Sequence record: OR670591.1
From: Staphylococcus phage MVC_VPHSA1
DNA: 51,392 nt
Strand: one strand, 5' to 3'
Below, piece after piece: positions 9,413-22,618 of the stretch (position 1 is its first letter; every line of letters begins with the position of its first letter). The notes beneath the pieces are model-generated. The model was not told the DNA's origin. It ran no database searches and saw nothing but the letters and a program-made list of their open reading frames with translations. A program made the translations under genes and the position numbers.

Positions 9413-9856
9413 ATGGCTACTAACACTAACGTAGAAGTACGACTCAATCTAACAATGGTCAATCTCACTAGGCTTACTAACGAGCTCAAAAACATGAAAG
9501 AGCCACTGACTCAATCAGCAACATACATGGAGGGCTCAATTGGTCGCAGGTTCGCTCAAGCGCCTTGGACACCACTTGCAGCTAGTACTATTAAGCGTCA
9601 CCCTCATAGGGCTGGAGGAAAGCCACTAAACGATGGCGGTACTCTTAGAGGTTCTGTGACAGGTGGAGCTATTAAGAACGTTGGCAGAGAGTCTTTGCAT
9701 TTTGGAACTAACTTACCATATGCAGCTCTGCATAACTTTGGTGGAGCTACTAAGTTTGGTTATGTACCGCAACGTCAATTCCTGTACTTTGACAGTAAAG
9801 ACGAGGCAGCTATCAAGCGAGTATTTGAGGAATATATAAAGGGGCTGGCTAACTAA
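9413..9856 (+). CDS. head-tail joining protein, HK97 gp10-like
   Basis: Motif HNFGGATKFGYVPQRQFLY resembles the HK97 gp10 family. Confidence 0.5.
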   Translation: MATNTNVEVRLNLTMVNLTRLTNELKNMKEPLTQSATYMEGSIGRRFAQAPWTPLAASTIKRHPHRAGGKPLNDGGTLRGSVTGGAIKNVGRESLHFGTNLPYAALHNFGGATKFGYVPQRQFLYFDSKDEAAIKRVFEEYIKGLAN

Positions 9857-10282
9857 TGGCTAACTTATATGGAACGATTAAAGAAGCTTTATATAATCAA
9901 TTAGTAAATGGCTTTAACGCTTCAACTGAAAAAGTAGATGTCTACAAAGTACACTATCAGAATATTGCTCAGTTTCCTGCTGTAGCTATAGAGCTTTCAA
10001 AACGAGGAAAAGCCAAAAAGGGCTTGGAGTTTCAGAAAGGAACTTAACAGTATTTGTTTGGGTGTATACTGACTTGCTTGACTCAGAAGAAGCAGAGGAG
10101 CAATGCTATGAGATTTTGGAACTTGCAGAAAAATCATTGAGGAAGATAAAACACTCAATGGAACAGCTGCCTACTTATCTATAGATGATGACGCTGAGTT
10201 CGGTCAAGTCTTGAACGGAGAAGCTAATTTCCTACAAGGCGCTAAACTCGTAGTCAATATTAGAGGCAAACTGGAGGGATAA
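9856..10282 (+). CDS. tail component (tail completion/terminator-like), interrupted by two frame changes
   Basis: Three adjacent frame pieces (9856-10047, ~10040-10200, ~10150-10282) next to A-runs at 10014-10018 and 10128-10132. Confidence 0.4.
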
Positions 10283-10284
10283 AC

Positions 10285-10437
10285 ATGCAGCTCATAAATA
10301 TAACAGAGATACCTCTTTCAGTTTTTGGGGAAAGGGTTGAGCCAAACGGAACGATTGAGGTTACTGATAAGAGACTTATAGCTGACCTCAAGAAAAATGG
10401 CTTTGAAGAAGTAAAGGACAAAGGAGGTAAAAACTAA
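10285..10437 (+). CDS. small hypothetical protein (50 aa)
   Basis: ATG at 10285 after GGAGGGATAAAC. Its stop overlaps the next start (TAATG). Confidence 0.3.
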   Translation: MQLINITEIPLSVFGERVEPNGTIEVTDKRLIADLKKNGFEEVKDKGGKN

Positions 10438-11362
10438 TGCCAAAACAAGCACAAGGTTATGACCATACGGTTAGCATTGGAGTGGAAACAACAGCAGGTG
10501 TTAAAGCGACGGTTTTCAAACACGCTACAATTATTGAGTCATTCGAGCCAGAGGAAAAAACAATGTCGATGTTCGCAGAGGTATTGGACAGCGTGAAGCT
10601 TTCATGTTGCGTACAGGTGCGAAAGAGGTTGACGCTTCACTGAAAGGCGCACTTCAAAATGGACGCTTACTTTTCTTAGCTCTTGGGAATGAAACTAAAA
10701 CAGGTGATTCTACAACTGGTTTCACTCACACGTTAAAACCTGTAAAGGCTGGTCAAGAGTTGCCATCTTTCACAGCTCAACACAATATTGCTGGCGCTGG
10801 CTTATTACGCAACTACTTAGGTGGCAAGATTGATACTCTTACAATCTCAGCTAAAGCAGAAGAAGCTGTTGAGGTTTCTTGTGATATGCAGTTCATGAAA
10901 GTTGACGACTCAGGGACAGCTACAGCAGTACCAGCTGAGTTGAATAACTACATGATGTTCTATGAGGGTACGGTTAAGATTAATAACACAGCAGTCGGCA
11001 ATATCTCAGAGTTTGAGCTTGAGATTGCTAACAACTTAGAAAGAAAGTTTGCTATTAACGGAACAGACACAGCAGCACGAGTACAAGAAGGCGCTTGTGA
11101 TATTACATCTAGTATTACATTCGACTTCATGGATACAACTCAATGGACTAACTTCAAGAATGGAGCAGACATTACTGTTGAGCTAAACTTCCAAGATATT
11201 TCTAACCCTAAGAACGCTATGAAGTTCACTCTAAGCGGTGGTAAGTACGACACGAACGCTATCGGTGCTGGAGCAGAAGACTTGACAGAACAGTCTGTTG
11301 AGGCTATCTACACAGGCATTACTGTTGAAGTGAAAGACACTATTGACAAGTACTTTGCTTAA
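10437..11362 (+). CDS. major tail protein (frame change at A6 run 10554-10559)
   Basis: RBS AAAGGAGG. ~300 aa combined, immediately upstream of the G/GT chaperones and the tape measure gene. Confidence 0.6.
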
Positions 11363-11395
11363 TAAAATAAACCAATAAGAAGGAAATGATTATAA

Positions 11396-11737
11396 ATGGC
11401 TAAAGCATGGTTAAGAAAAGAGAAAACTGACGTTATCGAGGTTATGGGAGCAACTATCGAACTAAGAAACTTATCTTTCGGTGAAACTCGTACAATCGTA
11501 GGAGAAAGCACAACTCAGAAAGGTAAAGCAGTTTTCACTGATAATACTAAAGTCGGTATCTTGCGAGTGATTAAGGCTATTAAGTCTTGGGACGTTACAG
11601 ACGAGAACGAAAATGTTTTACCTCTTGAGCTTAATACTTTTGACAACATTCTTGACGAGGAATTTGTTGCAGAGGTAATCTTAAAAGTCAACGAGTTCTT
11701 AGATGGCAAGGCTGTCACTGAGCAAGAAAAAAAGTAA
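11396..11737 (+). CDS. tail assembly chaperone (gpG-like)
   Basis: 113 aa directly upstream of the tape measure gene. Ends in a slippery heptamer. Confidence 0.7.
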   Translation: MAKAWLRKEKTDVIEVMGATIELRNLSFGETRTIVGESTTQKGKAVFTDNTKVGILRVIKAIKSWDVTDENENVLPLELNTFDNILDEEFVAEVILKVNEFLDGKAVTEQEKK

Positions 11738-11748
11738 TAGAGGAAGCG

Positions 11749-11991
11749 GTGGAGCGTAGCCTAGCAGGTAAAACTGTTGACTACGCTCCTTTTTGTTTGA
11801 CTCTATACGAGTTATGCGCTAAGTTCCACCAGCCTCCTAGTGTCATAATGAACGAGGACAATAGAATTATGGAGGAGTTACTGGTGGTTCACAACGCAGT
11901 CAATCGCTTCCAAGAAAACGAGGCTAAAAGACAAGAAAGTAAAGCTAAGAGAGGAGACCTAAAACAGAAGTACGGAGGAGGTGCTAGGTAG
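11749..11991 (+). CDS. gpT-like extension reached by programmed -1 frameshift at A_AAA_AAG (11728-11734), giving a G-T fusion chaperone
   Basis: XXXYYYZ slippery site GAAAAAAAG at the end of the G ORF. The -1 frame is open to 11991. Confidence 0.65.
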   Translation: MERSLAGKTVDYAPFCLTLYELCAKFHQPPSVIMNEDNRIMEELLVVHNAVNRFQENEAKRQESKAKRGDLKQKYGGGAR

Positions 11992-11994
11992 AAT

Positions 11995-14900
11995 ATGGCT
12001 AATATAGTGGATATTATTATTAACTCCAGAGACAACGCAAGTGCGAATATCGGTAGAGTTGGTCAAGCGCTAAACGGACTACAGACTACAGCAGGTAGAG
12101 CTAATGCTGGTATGGCTGCTTTGCAAGGCGTTGGAGGTATGGCTATGAGTCAGTTAGCTGGCTCTGTAGTCGGTGGATTCGTGAATATGATTCAAGGTTC
12201 TAGAGACTTTGAGGCAGCAACTCGTAGAGCAGCAGTTCTTTCTGGTGGTAACTACAACACAGTAAAGAAAGACGTTTTAGATATGGCTAAGAGCTCGGTG
12301 TACAGCACGACTCAAGTAGCTGACGCTTTCGCAGAGTTAGGAGCTAAAGGTTTCGACTCAGCTCAAGCTACAAAAGCTTTGCCAGGGGTTTTAAGCGCAG
12401 CAGCAGCCTCAGGGGAAGATTTAGGAATGGTAGCCGACACAATTACCTCAGCACTGAACGCCTTTGGTATGGAAGCCTCTCAGTCTTCTCACGTAGCTGA
12501 CGTTTTAGCAATGGCAGCAAACGCAACAGCAGCTGGCGTAGGTGATATGCAGTATGCCTTCAAGTATGCAGCAGCACCAGCTAACGCTCTTGGTATCTCG
12601 ATGGAAGAACTTGCAGCCTCAGTAGGTATTATGTCCAACGCAGGTATTAAAGGCGAAACAGCAGGTACAGCTCTAAGGTCTGCAATGTTACGACTTGTTA
12701 AACCTCCAAAGGCAGCAGCTAACATGCTTAGAGACTTGGGAGTAAGTACTACTGACTCAGACGGTAAGATGAAATCACTAGCTCAGATTACTGGAGAGCT
12801 CGGAAAAGGTATGGAAGGAATGACCCAAGCTCAGAAGGGAGCAGCTTTAGCGACAATTTTCGGTACTGAGGCAGTATCAGCAATGATGAGTCTCGTTGAT
12901 GCTGGACCAGAAAAGCTGCAAAAGCTTACAAACGAGCTAGTCAACTCTGGAGGCAGCTCTAAGAAGGCAGCAGACCAGATGCTTGATGGCTGGGCAGGAG
13001 CAATGACCAAAAATGGAATCAGCTCTCGACGTTACAGCTCGTGCATTAACAGACGCACTAGGACCAGCTTTAAACGTAGTAGCTACAGGAGTAATGAACT
13101 TAGCTAACTGGTTTAATGACCTTTCTCCAGCAGCTCAATCTGTTATAGGTGGACTACTTGGCTTTGGTGCTGTAGTAGTTGTAATTGGCGCAGTCGTTTC
13201 AGCTATTGCTCTATTAGCTCCAGCTTTCTTGAGCGCACTTGCAGCAGCAGCTCCATTTATCGCTATTGGAGTAGCTATCGCAGGAGTAGCAGCTATTATA
13301 ATTTCTCAGTGGGAAACTGTCAAGCCATTTTTCGATAAAGTTTGGCAAGCAATACTACCAGCAGTTCAAGCATTCAAGCAAACTTTTCAGAACACATTCG
13401 ACAACTTAGCTAGTGCGGTTGGTCCAATCTGGGACAAAATCAAACAAGTGTTTAAATCTTTAGAGCCAATTATTTTAGCAATAGGGGTTGTGCTAGGTGG
13501 ATTCCTTGTAATTGCACTCTCAGTATTTAACGGAGTAGTAAACGCAATAGCTCCACTTTTAGATGCTTTCTTGAGCGTCATTGGTTGGGTGAGTGAAATG
13601 GTTCAAATGGTTGGTTCTCTACTAAGCGGAGACTGGCAGGGAGTTATGGACCACTGGAACAATGCGAGCCAGTTTGCTGTTGACTTCTTTAAGTCTCTTT
13701 GGGATGCGCTAGTCGGTTTCTTTGGCGGAATCTGGGACAACATTAACAACGTGCTAAAGTCTTACGGAATTGACATAGTTCAGAGCCTTACTGATATGTG
13801 GAACTCAGCAAAAACAGCAACGTTAAACTGGCTCAGTGAAACTGGTTCTAGTATCTCTAGTGGATGGAACGACATAGTTAACTCTGTGACTCAGTTCTTT
13901 ACGGATATTGGTAACTGGTTCTCGAACGGATGGAATACAGCTAAGACAGCGACTATCGAGTTTCTGACTCAATTGCTTACTGACTGGTCAACGAACTTGA
14001 ACAATATCTTAACAGCAGTTGGCAACTGGTTCAACGAGGTAGGCAACTGGTTTGCTCAACTTCCAGAAAGAATCTTGTCAACTCTACAAGGCTTGTGGGA
14101 GCAATTCACTACATGGTGGGGTAACTTGTTTACAACAACGAGCCAGATTGTATCTGATGGAGTTAATGCTGTAAAGCAATTCTTCCTCGATTTACCTATG
14201 AACATTGTTAACGGTCTAGTGTACGGAGTAGGTTTCATTATCGGGGTATTCGTTGGATTATTCCTAGGAATCTCAAACGCAGTACAAAACGGTATACAAA
14301 TTGTGATTCAGTTCTTCAAGGAACTTCCAACTAACCTGTACAACTTAGCCATTCAAGCTAGGGACTGGGTAGTCAACACGATTAGCAACATGATGGAAAC
14401 CGCTAAGACTTGGACTCAACAAGGCGTGCAAGCAGTTATTACTTTCTTCCGTGAGCTGCCAACTAACTTGAGTAACCTTGCTAGTCAAATGAAAGAGTGG
14501 GTTGTCAACAAGTTCAACGAAATGGTAACGAGTGCGAAACAGTGGGTTAACGATATGGTCAACTCAATTAAGAACTGGTTCAAGAACATGCAAACAGATG
14601 CGAGCAACTCAGCAAACCAGATGGGTAGCCAAGTCAAGCAATGGTTTACTGATATGGTTAACCAAGCTAAGCAGAAAGTAAACGATATGGTTAGCGGAGT
14701 TAAACAGTGGTTCTCTGATATGAAAAGTAACATTAGCTCGACAGTGAGCTCAATGGCTTCCTCTGTTAAACAATGGTTTACTGATATGATGAACAACGCT
14801 AAGAACGCTGTTAACAGCGGAGTCAACAACATTCGTACTTTCTTTAGTAATCTTCCAAGTCAAATTATGGGATACATTACTAATTTAGCGAGCAACTTAG

Positions 14901-15468
14901 TTTCTTCTTTCCGAAATATGATGACTAACGCAGGTAACGCTGTGAGTAATGGAGTTACTAGCATGGTCAATGCGATTAAGAACTTTGGAACTAGCTTTTA
15001 AACGCTGGTAAGGGGCTTATTAACGCTTTCGTTGACGGAATAAAGAATACTATAGGGAAAGCTGTTAGCGCTGTTCAAGACGGTATGAACGCTGTCAGAC
15101 AGTACCTACCATTCTCACCTGCCAAGAAAGGACCGCTAAGCGACCTAGACAAATCTGGTGAGTCATTCTTCCCAACTTGGTACGAGGGAGCACTAACTCA
15201 AGTAAAACCTATGTCAAGAGCTATCGCAGGAGCTATGGGACAAATGAATGACCAGATGCAAGCTGAGTTCGGAACCGTTGGACTTGAAGCCTTCACAGGT
15301 GGCGGCAAGCAACAAGTAACAGTTACTCACGAGCACGTCATGACAGGTAAGATTGAGGTAGAAGGCGACGGAGGCAACAAAGAAACATTTGACTTGACAG
15401 TACAAAAACTACAAGAACAACAAGACGAGTACTGGAAAGATTTAAAGCAAGCATTTAGAAGAAAATAA
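11995..15468 (+). CDS. tape measure protein (three frame pieces: 11995-13107, 13013-15001, 15001-15468)
   Basis: Gly/Ala-rich N region, hydrophobic segments, long W/N/Q repeat region. Breaks at the A5 run 13008-13012 and at TTTTAAA 14996-15002. Confidence 0.85.
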
Positions 15469-15480
15469 GGAGGTAGACAA

Positions 15481-18413
15481 ATGGCTATTGAAAAGAAAGT
15501 CATACCTGTTAACTGGATGGAACAATGGCGCTTATCGGACAACTGGTGGAATGGAGGTTGGTCTCCTATTCGTGCTGGTGGTCCTGAGGGCTACACTTCT
15601 TTCCTAGGTACACCTGACGAGGTACGAACTCTACTTGCTACCTCTAAGACACCTGCAAAAATCTACTTGAGAGCTTACTTCTATTACGGAGGTAAGTTCC
15701 GAGTAGGCAAGCACAAACTGGCAACTCGTACAGTACAAACTTTACGTCCTTTCTACTCACAGGATATGACGGAGTTTACACCTACAGTTGGCGGCTACCA
15801 AGATTATGACTTTACGAATATTATTAAAGCAGATTTACTAAGTGGTTTGTACCAAGGGGTTGTATTGTGGAACAACATAGGAACAGCGTCAAGTGAGTGT
15901 TGGGGTGTTATTGATAACCCTTACAGAGCTTACTGGGTAGTAGAAGGTGATTGGAACGTTCCACCAGAAAGACCTCGTATTGATTACCCTACTTTTGGTA
16001 TCAAGGTAGATGGCACTTTACAGATGAAATGGACACCACCAACTAACGAGTCAAACCCTGCAATTGTTTCCTATGAGGTGGCTATCTCTGACGATAACAG
16101 CTATACATGGAAAAACTTCAAAGTACCAGCAGGAGGAACAACTTTCACGTTTGATACGAGTCAGCTTGCTCAGACATCTAAAGCGCTTGTAGCTATTAGA
16201 GCTTACGACGGAGAATACTACTCAGAGTGGAACTACTCAGACCGCTTCACAATTTTCCATAACGTACCTCCAAAAGCTCCAGTTAACCAGCAGCCAGAAA
16301 TGGGACGCACAGTTGACCGAACAAGTATTTTAAGTTTCACTTGAAAGCTGACGCTAAGAGTGCTCAGTACGGTTACCAATTCCGTTGGAGAACAGTTGAC
16401 AGTAATGGCACACGAGGTAGCTGGAATCAGTTACCAACAGGTGGAACGTGGGCGAACTCAACTAACCAGTATTACAACCTAGCAGCTAGTACTTTGCCAG
16501 CAAGCAACATTGAGTGGGCTGTAAGAGTTCAAGATGAGTTCATGATGACTTCTGAGTGGTCTCAAGAGTCTATGATTGTCGCAGTTAATCCGAGTGCAGC
16601 TCCAAACATGGTAGTGCCAACTTACAACATGACTTACAGCTCAGCTAGAATGGTAGCCGAGTGGACGACTGTAGGACAGATTCAATATGAGTTATTCCTA
16701 AAGAACTCTAGTGGAGTGACACTGTGGAGTAAGTCTGGCTTGAACGAAACAGCTGTACAAATTGATTACACGCTCGCAGCAAATACGTCTTACCAGTTGC
16801 AGGTTAGAATTAACTCGAATGGTGTTTGGTCAAGTTTCGTAACGACTCCTTTCACGGTCAACTATGCAGCTCCAGCTGTACCAGTCATTCAACGTATTGA
16901 GGAAGCTGGCGCAGGAGTAACAAACATCGTTTACAACCAAGGTGAATTAGGTGTTAACTTACCAGCAATTACTGAGGACGGAGTGAACTTGGCTAACGGT
17001 TGGACTCAAAGAGGTAACGTCTCACTATCTCGTATTATTCCAAAGACAGCTAACTCATATTATCTTGCTATGTCAGACTTAACAGCTGGCAACAACTACG
17101 GTGGGCTTTCAATCTACTTAGATGAGACTCAAGTCCCTATTGTTGAGGGTGCAACTTATGAGGTGGTTGGTTATAGTAATGAAACTGGCTTACGAGGTAT
17201 TATATGGTTTTATGGAGCTAACGGTGCTGACTTAGGTAGTACAGCTGACCCACTAGCTCAAACAGCAGGAGCTCCACTAAAAATTGAGGTACACGCTAGT
17301 CGAGTATGTCCAGTTGGAACTAAACAGATTCGTGTAGTATTCGACAACGTGTTTGGCTCGCCTATGAGTGGAGGGAGAAACACCTTAGTCACTGGTATTG
17401 GCTTGAAAATTACGTCTCCAGTAGCTACTAACTTGATAGAATGCTATCGTCGAGAATACAGCGACCTTGGCAACAACGAGTGGACACTGATTGGCTCTAA
17501 TGGTATTACTAGCTCAGTTACTACAAACTTACTACCAAAAGCTCAAGGAAATATTACAAACCCAACTGGTGTAACTTTCAATAGTGATTATGACTTTAGT
17601 GTTATACATGCTGAGGTTACTATGGCTTGGGGAATACAAGTAGCAGTTAAACCTAATACAGACTACACTTTCTACTCACACCATAGCGGAATGATTGGAG
17701 TGTACAATGCAGATGCCACAGCTAATATAAAGAGTTATACAACTGATAGATATTTAAACTTCAATAGTGGTAACAACTCAGTTATTAGATGCTATTTCCG
17801 TCAAGTAACAGCTAACACGAGAGCTTACTTCCTTAACCATATGTTGAGAGAGGGAACTTTCACAGACCAGACTATTAGTTTCGAGCCAATAAAGCCAGAT
17901 GGAATCCAAGGAAACTTCTTGGACTACACGCCAGCGAGCAAGAAAAACTATGAGTACAAACTGACAGCATGGAACTTGGTGAACAACAGGTCAACAGACA
18001 ACACAGGTAAACAGTTCACTCATATGTTTAATGAGACAATATTGCAAGATGTACGGAAAATTAGCGACTTCAACTTTCTGCCAATGGTCACAGCACGAGA
18101 CAGTAACAGCGAGGTAGAAAGCGTGCTTCAACGTTTTGCTGGAAGAACAAACCCAGTAAGGGAATACGGAGCGCACGAACTCACGACAGTTAAGGTAAAC
18201 TGGGAGGTAGATACTTGGAATGAAGCTCAGATGTTCCAGAAGTTACTACAAGCTAGAAAAACTTATCTGTACCGTGACGGAGCAGGTCGCAAACTTTATG
18301 CTACGTGTGAGAGCGTGGACATTAAAGATAAACTGATTAGTGGTTTTGAGTTAAGCTGTGAGTTTACTCAAACGTACTATGACCCAAATGTTAACTGGGA
18401 AGATGAAGACTAA
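15481..18413 (+). CDS. large distal tail protein with FN3-like repeats (Dit-like position; frame change ~16326-16340)
   Basis: RBS AAGGAGG. First gene after the tape measure gene. Repeated motifs PPKAPVN...YGYQFRWR are typical of FN3 domains. Confidence 0.5.
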
Positions 18414-18425
18414 GGAGGAGAGGCT

Positions 18426-20590
18426 ATGCAAGCATTAGCTCGTGGAGGATATTCAGCTCAACAGGTTATGGATGTCCTTCATGCTAAACACAAGCCAAGA
18501 AATGTACGGTTTAGATATGACTTGCTAGACCGCAACCTCAATTATAAAAGAACTTTAAAGAACGTGCTTGAGGGCGAGGTAGCTTTTGCTGCCTTTGCCA
18601 CTATCAAGCGTACTGGTAAGTTCAAGATTGAGGAAGAATACGTCCCAGCTCATATTGACAGAGCAGAGCGTACAGTAATTACAAAGCTTGAAGTATCGCA
18701 GAAGACCCAGCTTTTAGTTTTGATAACTGGGTTAAGACTGACGCTATAGTCGAGGCAAGCAGTAAAGATTTAATCTTACAGCGTTTTTCTGGAACTATCT
18801 CAAACCATGAGTTGGAAACTGGCTGGCGTACAGTTAATATTTACGCAGATGGATGGATGGCTGGTGGCTTCATACCTTGGTACAGCGATACAAAATACAG
18901 AGTAGCTCAAGGTGGAGGTTGGCAAGGAAGCTGGGCTCAAGAAATTACTCGCTTGACTAGTGGAGCATACCCTGTAGGTATGCAAACTGGCATTGACTCT
19001 GGAGGCGGCTACACAGCAACAAATAGTTTAGTTGCACTGTCTGGTGGTCAGAAGGTTTACTGTTCGTTTTACTTTAGAACATTTAACGGAGAGGTTAATC
19101 CAAACTACATCTATGCAATGGGTGGAGGCGGAAACTTTAAATTAGACCAAGTGACTTATACACCTACAGGTTACAATGGTTGGGTGAGGTGCGACGCTGT
19201 TGGGACGTGTCCAGCAGGTAGACCGTCTCAAACTTATGGTTTACTTATAGCTTGTGACTCAGCAGTTAACAATGGAATTTGTAACTACGACAATATCTAT
19301 TATGGAACTAACAGACCTATCTACAGCGGTATGGCTACTAGTCCAATTATTGATGTAAGCAACAAAACTACTCTAGGAAAAGATATTGCACGAGTAAAAA
19401 GCAGCGTTTTAATCTTTGGAGACAAAGGAGGAACACCAACAAATCAAGGCTCTTGGATGCCACCAAGAGGAATGAAGGCTCGCTACTCTACTGATGGCGG
19501 CACTACTTGGAGCGCTTGGAACAACGTAAGTTACGCTGGCTCAATAGTTCCAGCTGGTACTGACGCAACCAACCTGAGAGTGCAACTTCAATACAGTATG
19601 TCTCGTTGGAATAGCTATGACGACGTAAGACTCGGAAACGTTCAAGTGTCAATGATTTACGAGGAAGATAAATATATACCTGACACGGATATTATTAACT
19701 ATGCAAGTGACCGTATTAAGCCATACATGGAAGTTGAAATGCAAGACGGTAACTGGATAGAGTTTCCTCTGGGAGTATTCTTACTCAACAGTCCAACTCG
19801 AATAGATGATACTAACAAGGTACACCGAGAGATTGAAGCTTATGACCAGCTCGTTATACTGAGAGACATTAAGGCTTATTGGAATCACACCTATACAGGA
19901 AACGTTGTGCAAAATATCCGTCTCATAATGACAAACTACGATGTACTCATTAACCCTAATCTCATTAGCATACCACCAATACAGATAAGTCAAAACTTTA
20001 CGTTTCCAATTGGAACACCTTACCTAGAGATAATTAACACAATGCTTGAGGCTATTGGTTACTATCCTCTGTGGGTTGACGCAAATGGTGTATTTAGAAG
20101 CTCGCCTTATATCTCGCCAGCTAACCGTCCAGCAGACTACAAATACTTTGATGATGAACTCTCAGTAACCTACAACGGTATGGAAAGCGAACTTGATTTA
20201 TTTGAGACAGCTAACGCTTGGGTTGCTGTTTCGAATGACCTAGACGGTAATCAAACTTTTTCTAGAATCAGACAGAACAACGACCAAGGCATTACGTCTA
20301 TTAAGTCAGTAGGACGAATTATAGTAGACTATCGAGAAGTTGAGAGCATTAAGACTCAAGCAGCTCTTGACGCTTACGTTGACCGTTTGATACAAGAAAG
20401 TACAGCAACCTATGGAAAGATACGTTTCAAAACAGCTCTAATGCCAATGCATGAGTACCAAGACATTTTACACATTCGTTATGGTCCTCTGGGTATTGAT
20501 GATACGTTTGGAGAGACAGCTTGGAAGATGCAACTCAAAGCAGGTGGAGAAATGGAGCACGAGGCTAGAAGGGTGGTGTATTTACGATGA
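18426..20590 (+). CDS. tail tip / receptor-binding protein (Tal-like position; frame change ~18700-18715)
   Basis: RBS AAGGAGGAG. ~720 aa combined. Second large gene after the tape measure gene. Confidence 0.45.
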
Positions 20591-20835
20591 TGAACTCAGA
20601 CGAGTTAGTTAATATAATAACCAACATAGCTCAAAATAACAACAAGAGTCCTTTCGTGATAGCAACAGTCAGTTCAAGTCATAGCTCTGGTAGACCTCGC
20701 TTAAAGTTTGCTGGAGCGTCTTCTGATTCAGATATAACCTACCCTTATCTTTCGAGTTACACTCCAGCAGCTAACGACAAGGTGTTTTGCGTACAAACTC
20801 AAGGCACTTTGTTGATACTTGGTAAAATTGTCTGA
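20587..20835 (+). CDS. hypothetical protein (82 aa)
   Basis: ORF overlapping the upstream stop (ATGATG). Confidence 0.35.
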   Translation: MMNSDELVNIITNIAQNNNKSPFVIATVSSSHSSGRPRLKFAGASSDSDITYPYLSSYTPAANDKVFCVQTQGTLLILGKIV

Positions 20836-20861
20836 TGAGGTCGCAAACTCTGTGAGGGGAG

Positions 20862-21259
20862 GTGAGACTGGTGGGATTACCAGAAATTATTGCAGCTGTC
20901 AAGGGTGAATACATCTTTGCTCTGTTGTTCATTACTTGTTTGATTGGAGTTGCTAAGTGGGTAGTTGCTTTCATTAAGGAACAGAAAGAAGACAGCAAAG
21001 CGAGGGAGCAACAACTGTTAGCTGACAACAACGAACGAGAAGAAAAGATTCATAGTATCTATGAGAAAAGCTTGCAAGATGCAACTAAGCGTGAAGATAA
21101 ACTCATGAAACACCTTGACAAAAACACTAACCAGTTAGAAAGAATAACTGACACACAAGTACAAATACAGGATAGCTTAAAAAGCTCGAAAATCGAGTTG
21201 AGCAAATAGAAGGTTGGCAAGTTGGAGAGGGCTCAGCTGATAGCTTGCCAAAACAATAA
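20862..21259 (+). CDS. membrane-anchored coiled-coil protein (frame change at A5 run ~21178-21182)
   Basis: N-terminal TM segment IFALLFITCLIGVAKWVVAFI followed by an E/K/Q-rich coiled coil. Located near the lysis genes. Confidence 0.35.
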
Positions 21260-21274
21260 CTTGGAGGCGATACA

Positions 21275-21781
21275 ATGCAGTTCACTTACCACGGTTTTCG
21301 CTCGTTCGTAATTGGAAATGCAAACTTTAAGCCAACAAACGAGATAATGTTACTAGAAATGTTACTAAACAAGTTCAAAACTTCTATGATTTCTAAGTAC
21401 ACTTATGGAGCACTTGATTGCAAAGCATTTATAGACTATTTTGGAGCAGATTCAGCAGCTAACAAAACTAATTTACAAAACGCAATGACTCCTTATAGGT
21501 ATTATTATGGGGTTGGTTTTGAGTGTATTCCTTACGAAACCGAGAAGGTTATTAAAGTTTTGCACTACTTTGATGAGGACAATGCTAATTCCATAGCAGA
21601 AGCTCTGGAGGAAGCTACAGGAGTAAAAACAGTAGCAGAACTTTCTTATACGATTGGTCAATATATACCAGCTGGTTTTATTATACAGCTATACGGTATA
21701 AAAGAGCAAAGTGATTATTACTCACTGTCTAACTCGATTGACGATATAGCGGATTCATTAAGTACATTTTTAACTAAATAG
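21275..21781 (+). CDS. hypothetical protein (168 aa)
   Basis: RBS GGAGGCGATACAATG. Confidence 0.4.
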   Translation: MQFTYHGFRSFVIGNANFKPTNEIMLLEMLLNKFKTSMISKYTYGALDCKAFIDYFGADSAANKTNLQNAMTPYRYYYGVGFECIPYETEKVIKVLHYFDEDNANSIAEALEEATGVKTVAELSYTIGQYIPAGFIIQLYGIKEQSDYYSLSNSIDDIADSLSTFLTK

Positions 21782-21792
21782 GAGGCGATAGT

Positions 21793-22539
21793 ATGATTTT
21801 CTCTTTACACGGTGGTCATAACTCAATAGTTCAAGGTGCTAACTATGGTACTCGTAAGGAGCACGTAATGGACAGACAAGTAAAAGACGCTTGTGTTGCT
21901 AAGCTAAGAGCTCTAGGACATACAGTATATGACGATACTGACGAGGTAGGCACAACTCAGAATGCTAACTTAAATAATATCGTTGCTAAGTGTAACAGCC
22001 ACAAAGTTGACCTTGTAGTTTCTTTTCACTTGAATGCTTACAACGGTTCAGCTCATGGCGTAGAGGTTTGTTATTATGACCAAGAAGCTTTAGCGGCAAA
22101 GGTTTCAGCTCAATTAGCTAAAGATATTGGCTGGTACAACCGAGGCGCTAAGCAGCGCACTGAACTAGCTGTACTGGCTCGCACAACAGCACCAGCTATT
22201 TTGCTTGAGCTAGGCTTCATTGACAATGATGCAGATATGGCTAAGTGGAACGTTGACAAAATAGCTAACTCAATCGTTTATGCTTTAACAGGTCAAACTG
22301 TTAGCGGTGGAGGCAGCACAGGAGGTGGAGCTCAAATGTTCAAGGTACAAACTGGAGGCGTAGGCTTCAATAACTTACAAGCATTAGCTCAAGCGTTGAT
22401 TGATGCAGGTATGGACGGACAAATTGTCATTCAAAAGGACGGTCTTGGTTATGTAGTTACTAATGCATACCCAGCAGGTAATATGGATAAGTTCACAGCT
22501 TGGTTAGATGCTAAAAACTGGTGGTATCAATATATCTAA
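21793..22539 (+). CDS. endolysin, N-acetylmuramoyl-L-alanine amidase (Amidase_3) with C-terminal binding domain
   Basis: Motifs LHGGHN...GA, VDLVVSFHLNA, HGVEVCYY. A GGGSTGGGA linker is followed by a C-terminal domain. Confidence 0.8.
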   Translation: MIFSLHGGHNSIVQGANYGTRKEHVMDRQVKDACVAKLRALGHTVYDDTDEVGTTQNANLNNIVAKCNSHKVDLVVSFHLNAYNGSAHGVEVCYYDQEALAAKVSAQLAKDIGWYNRGAKQRTELAVLARTTAPAILLELGFIDNDADMAKWNVDKIANSIVYALTGQTVSGGGSTGGGAQMFKVQTGGVGFNNLQALAQALIDAGMDGQIVIQKDGLGYVVTNAYPAGNMDKFTAWLDAKNWWYQYI

Positions 22540-22618
22540 TAGTCATACTCAGGTAACACTTTCCGTAAGTCCCACTAGGGCAGGTCCAAATAAAAATGAA
22601 AGGATAAAAGGTGATAAT

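Noticed and set aside
12489-15542. Minus-strand ORFs within the tape measure region (12489..12725, 13387..13581, 14056..14238, 14485..14832, 15214..15542)
   Set aside because: Repeat-rich tape measure sequence generates long antisense open frames, with no RBSs. All are rejected in favour of the + strand gene.
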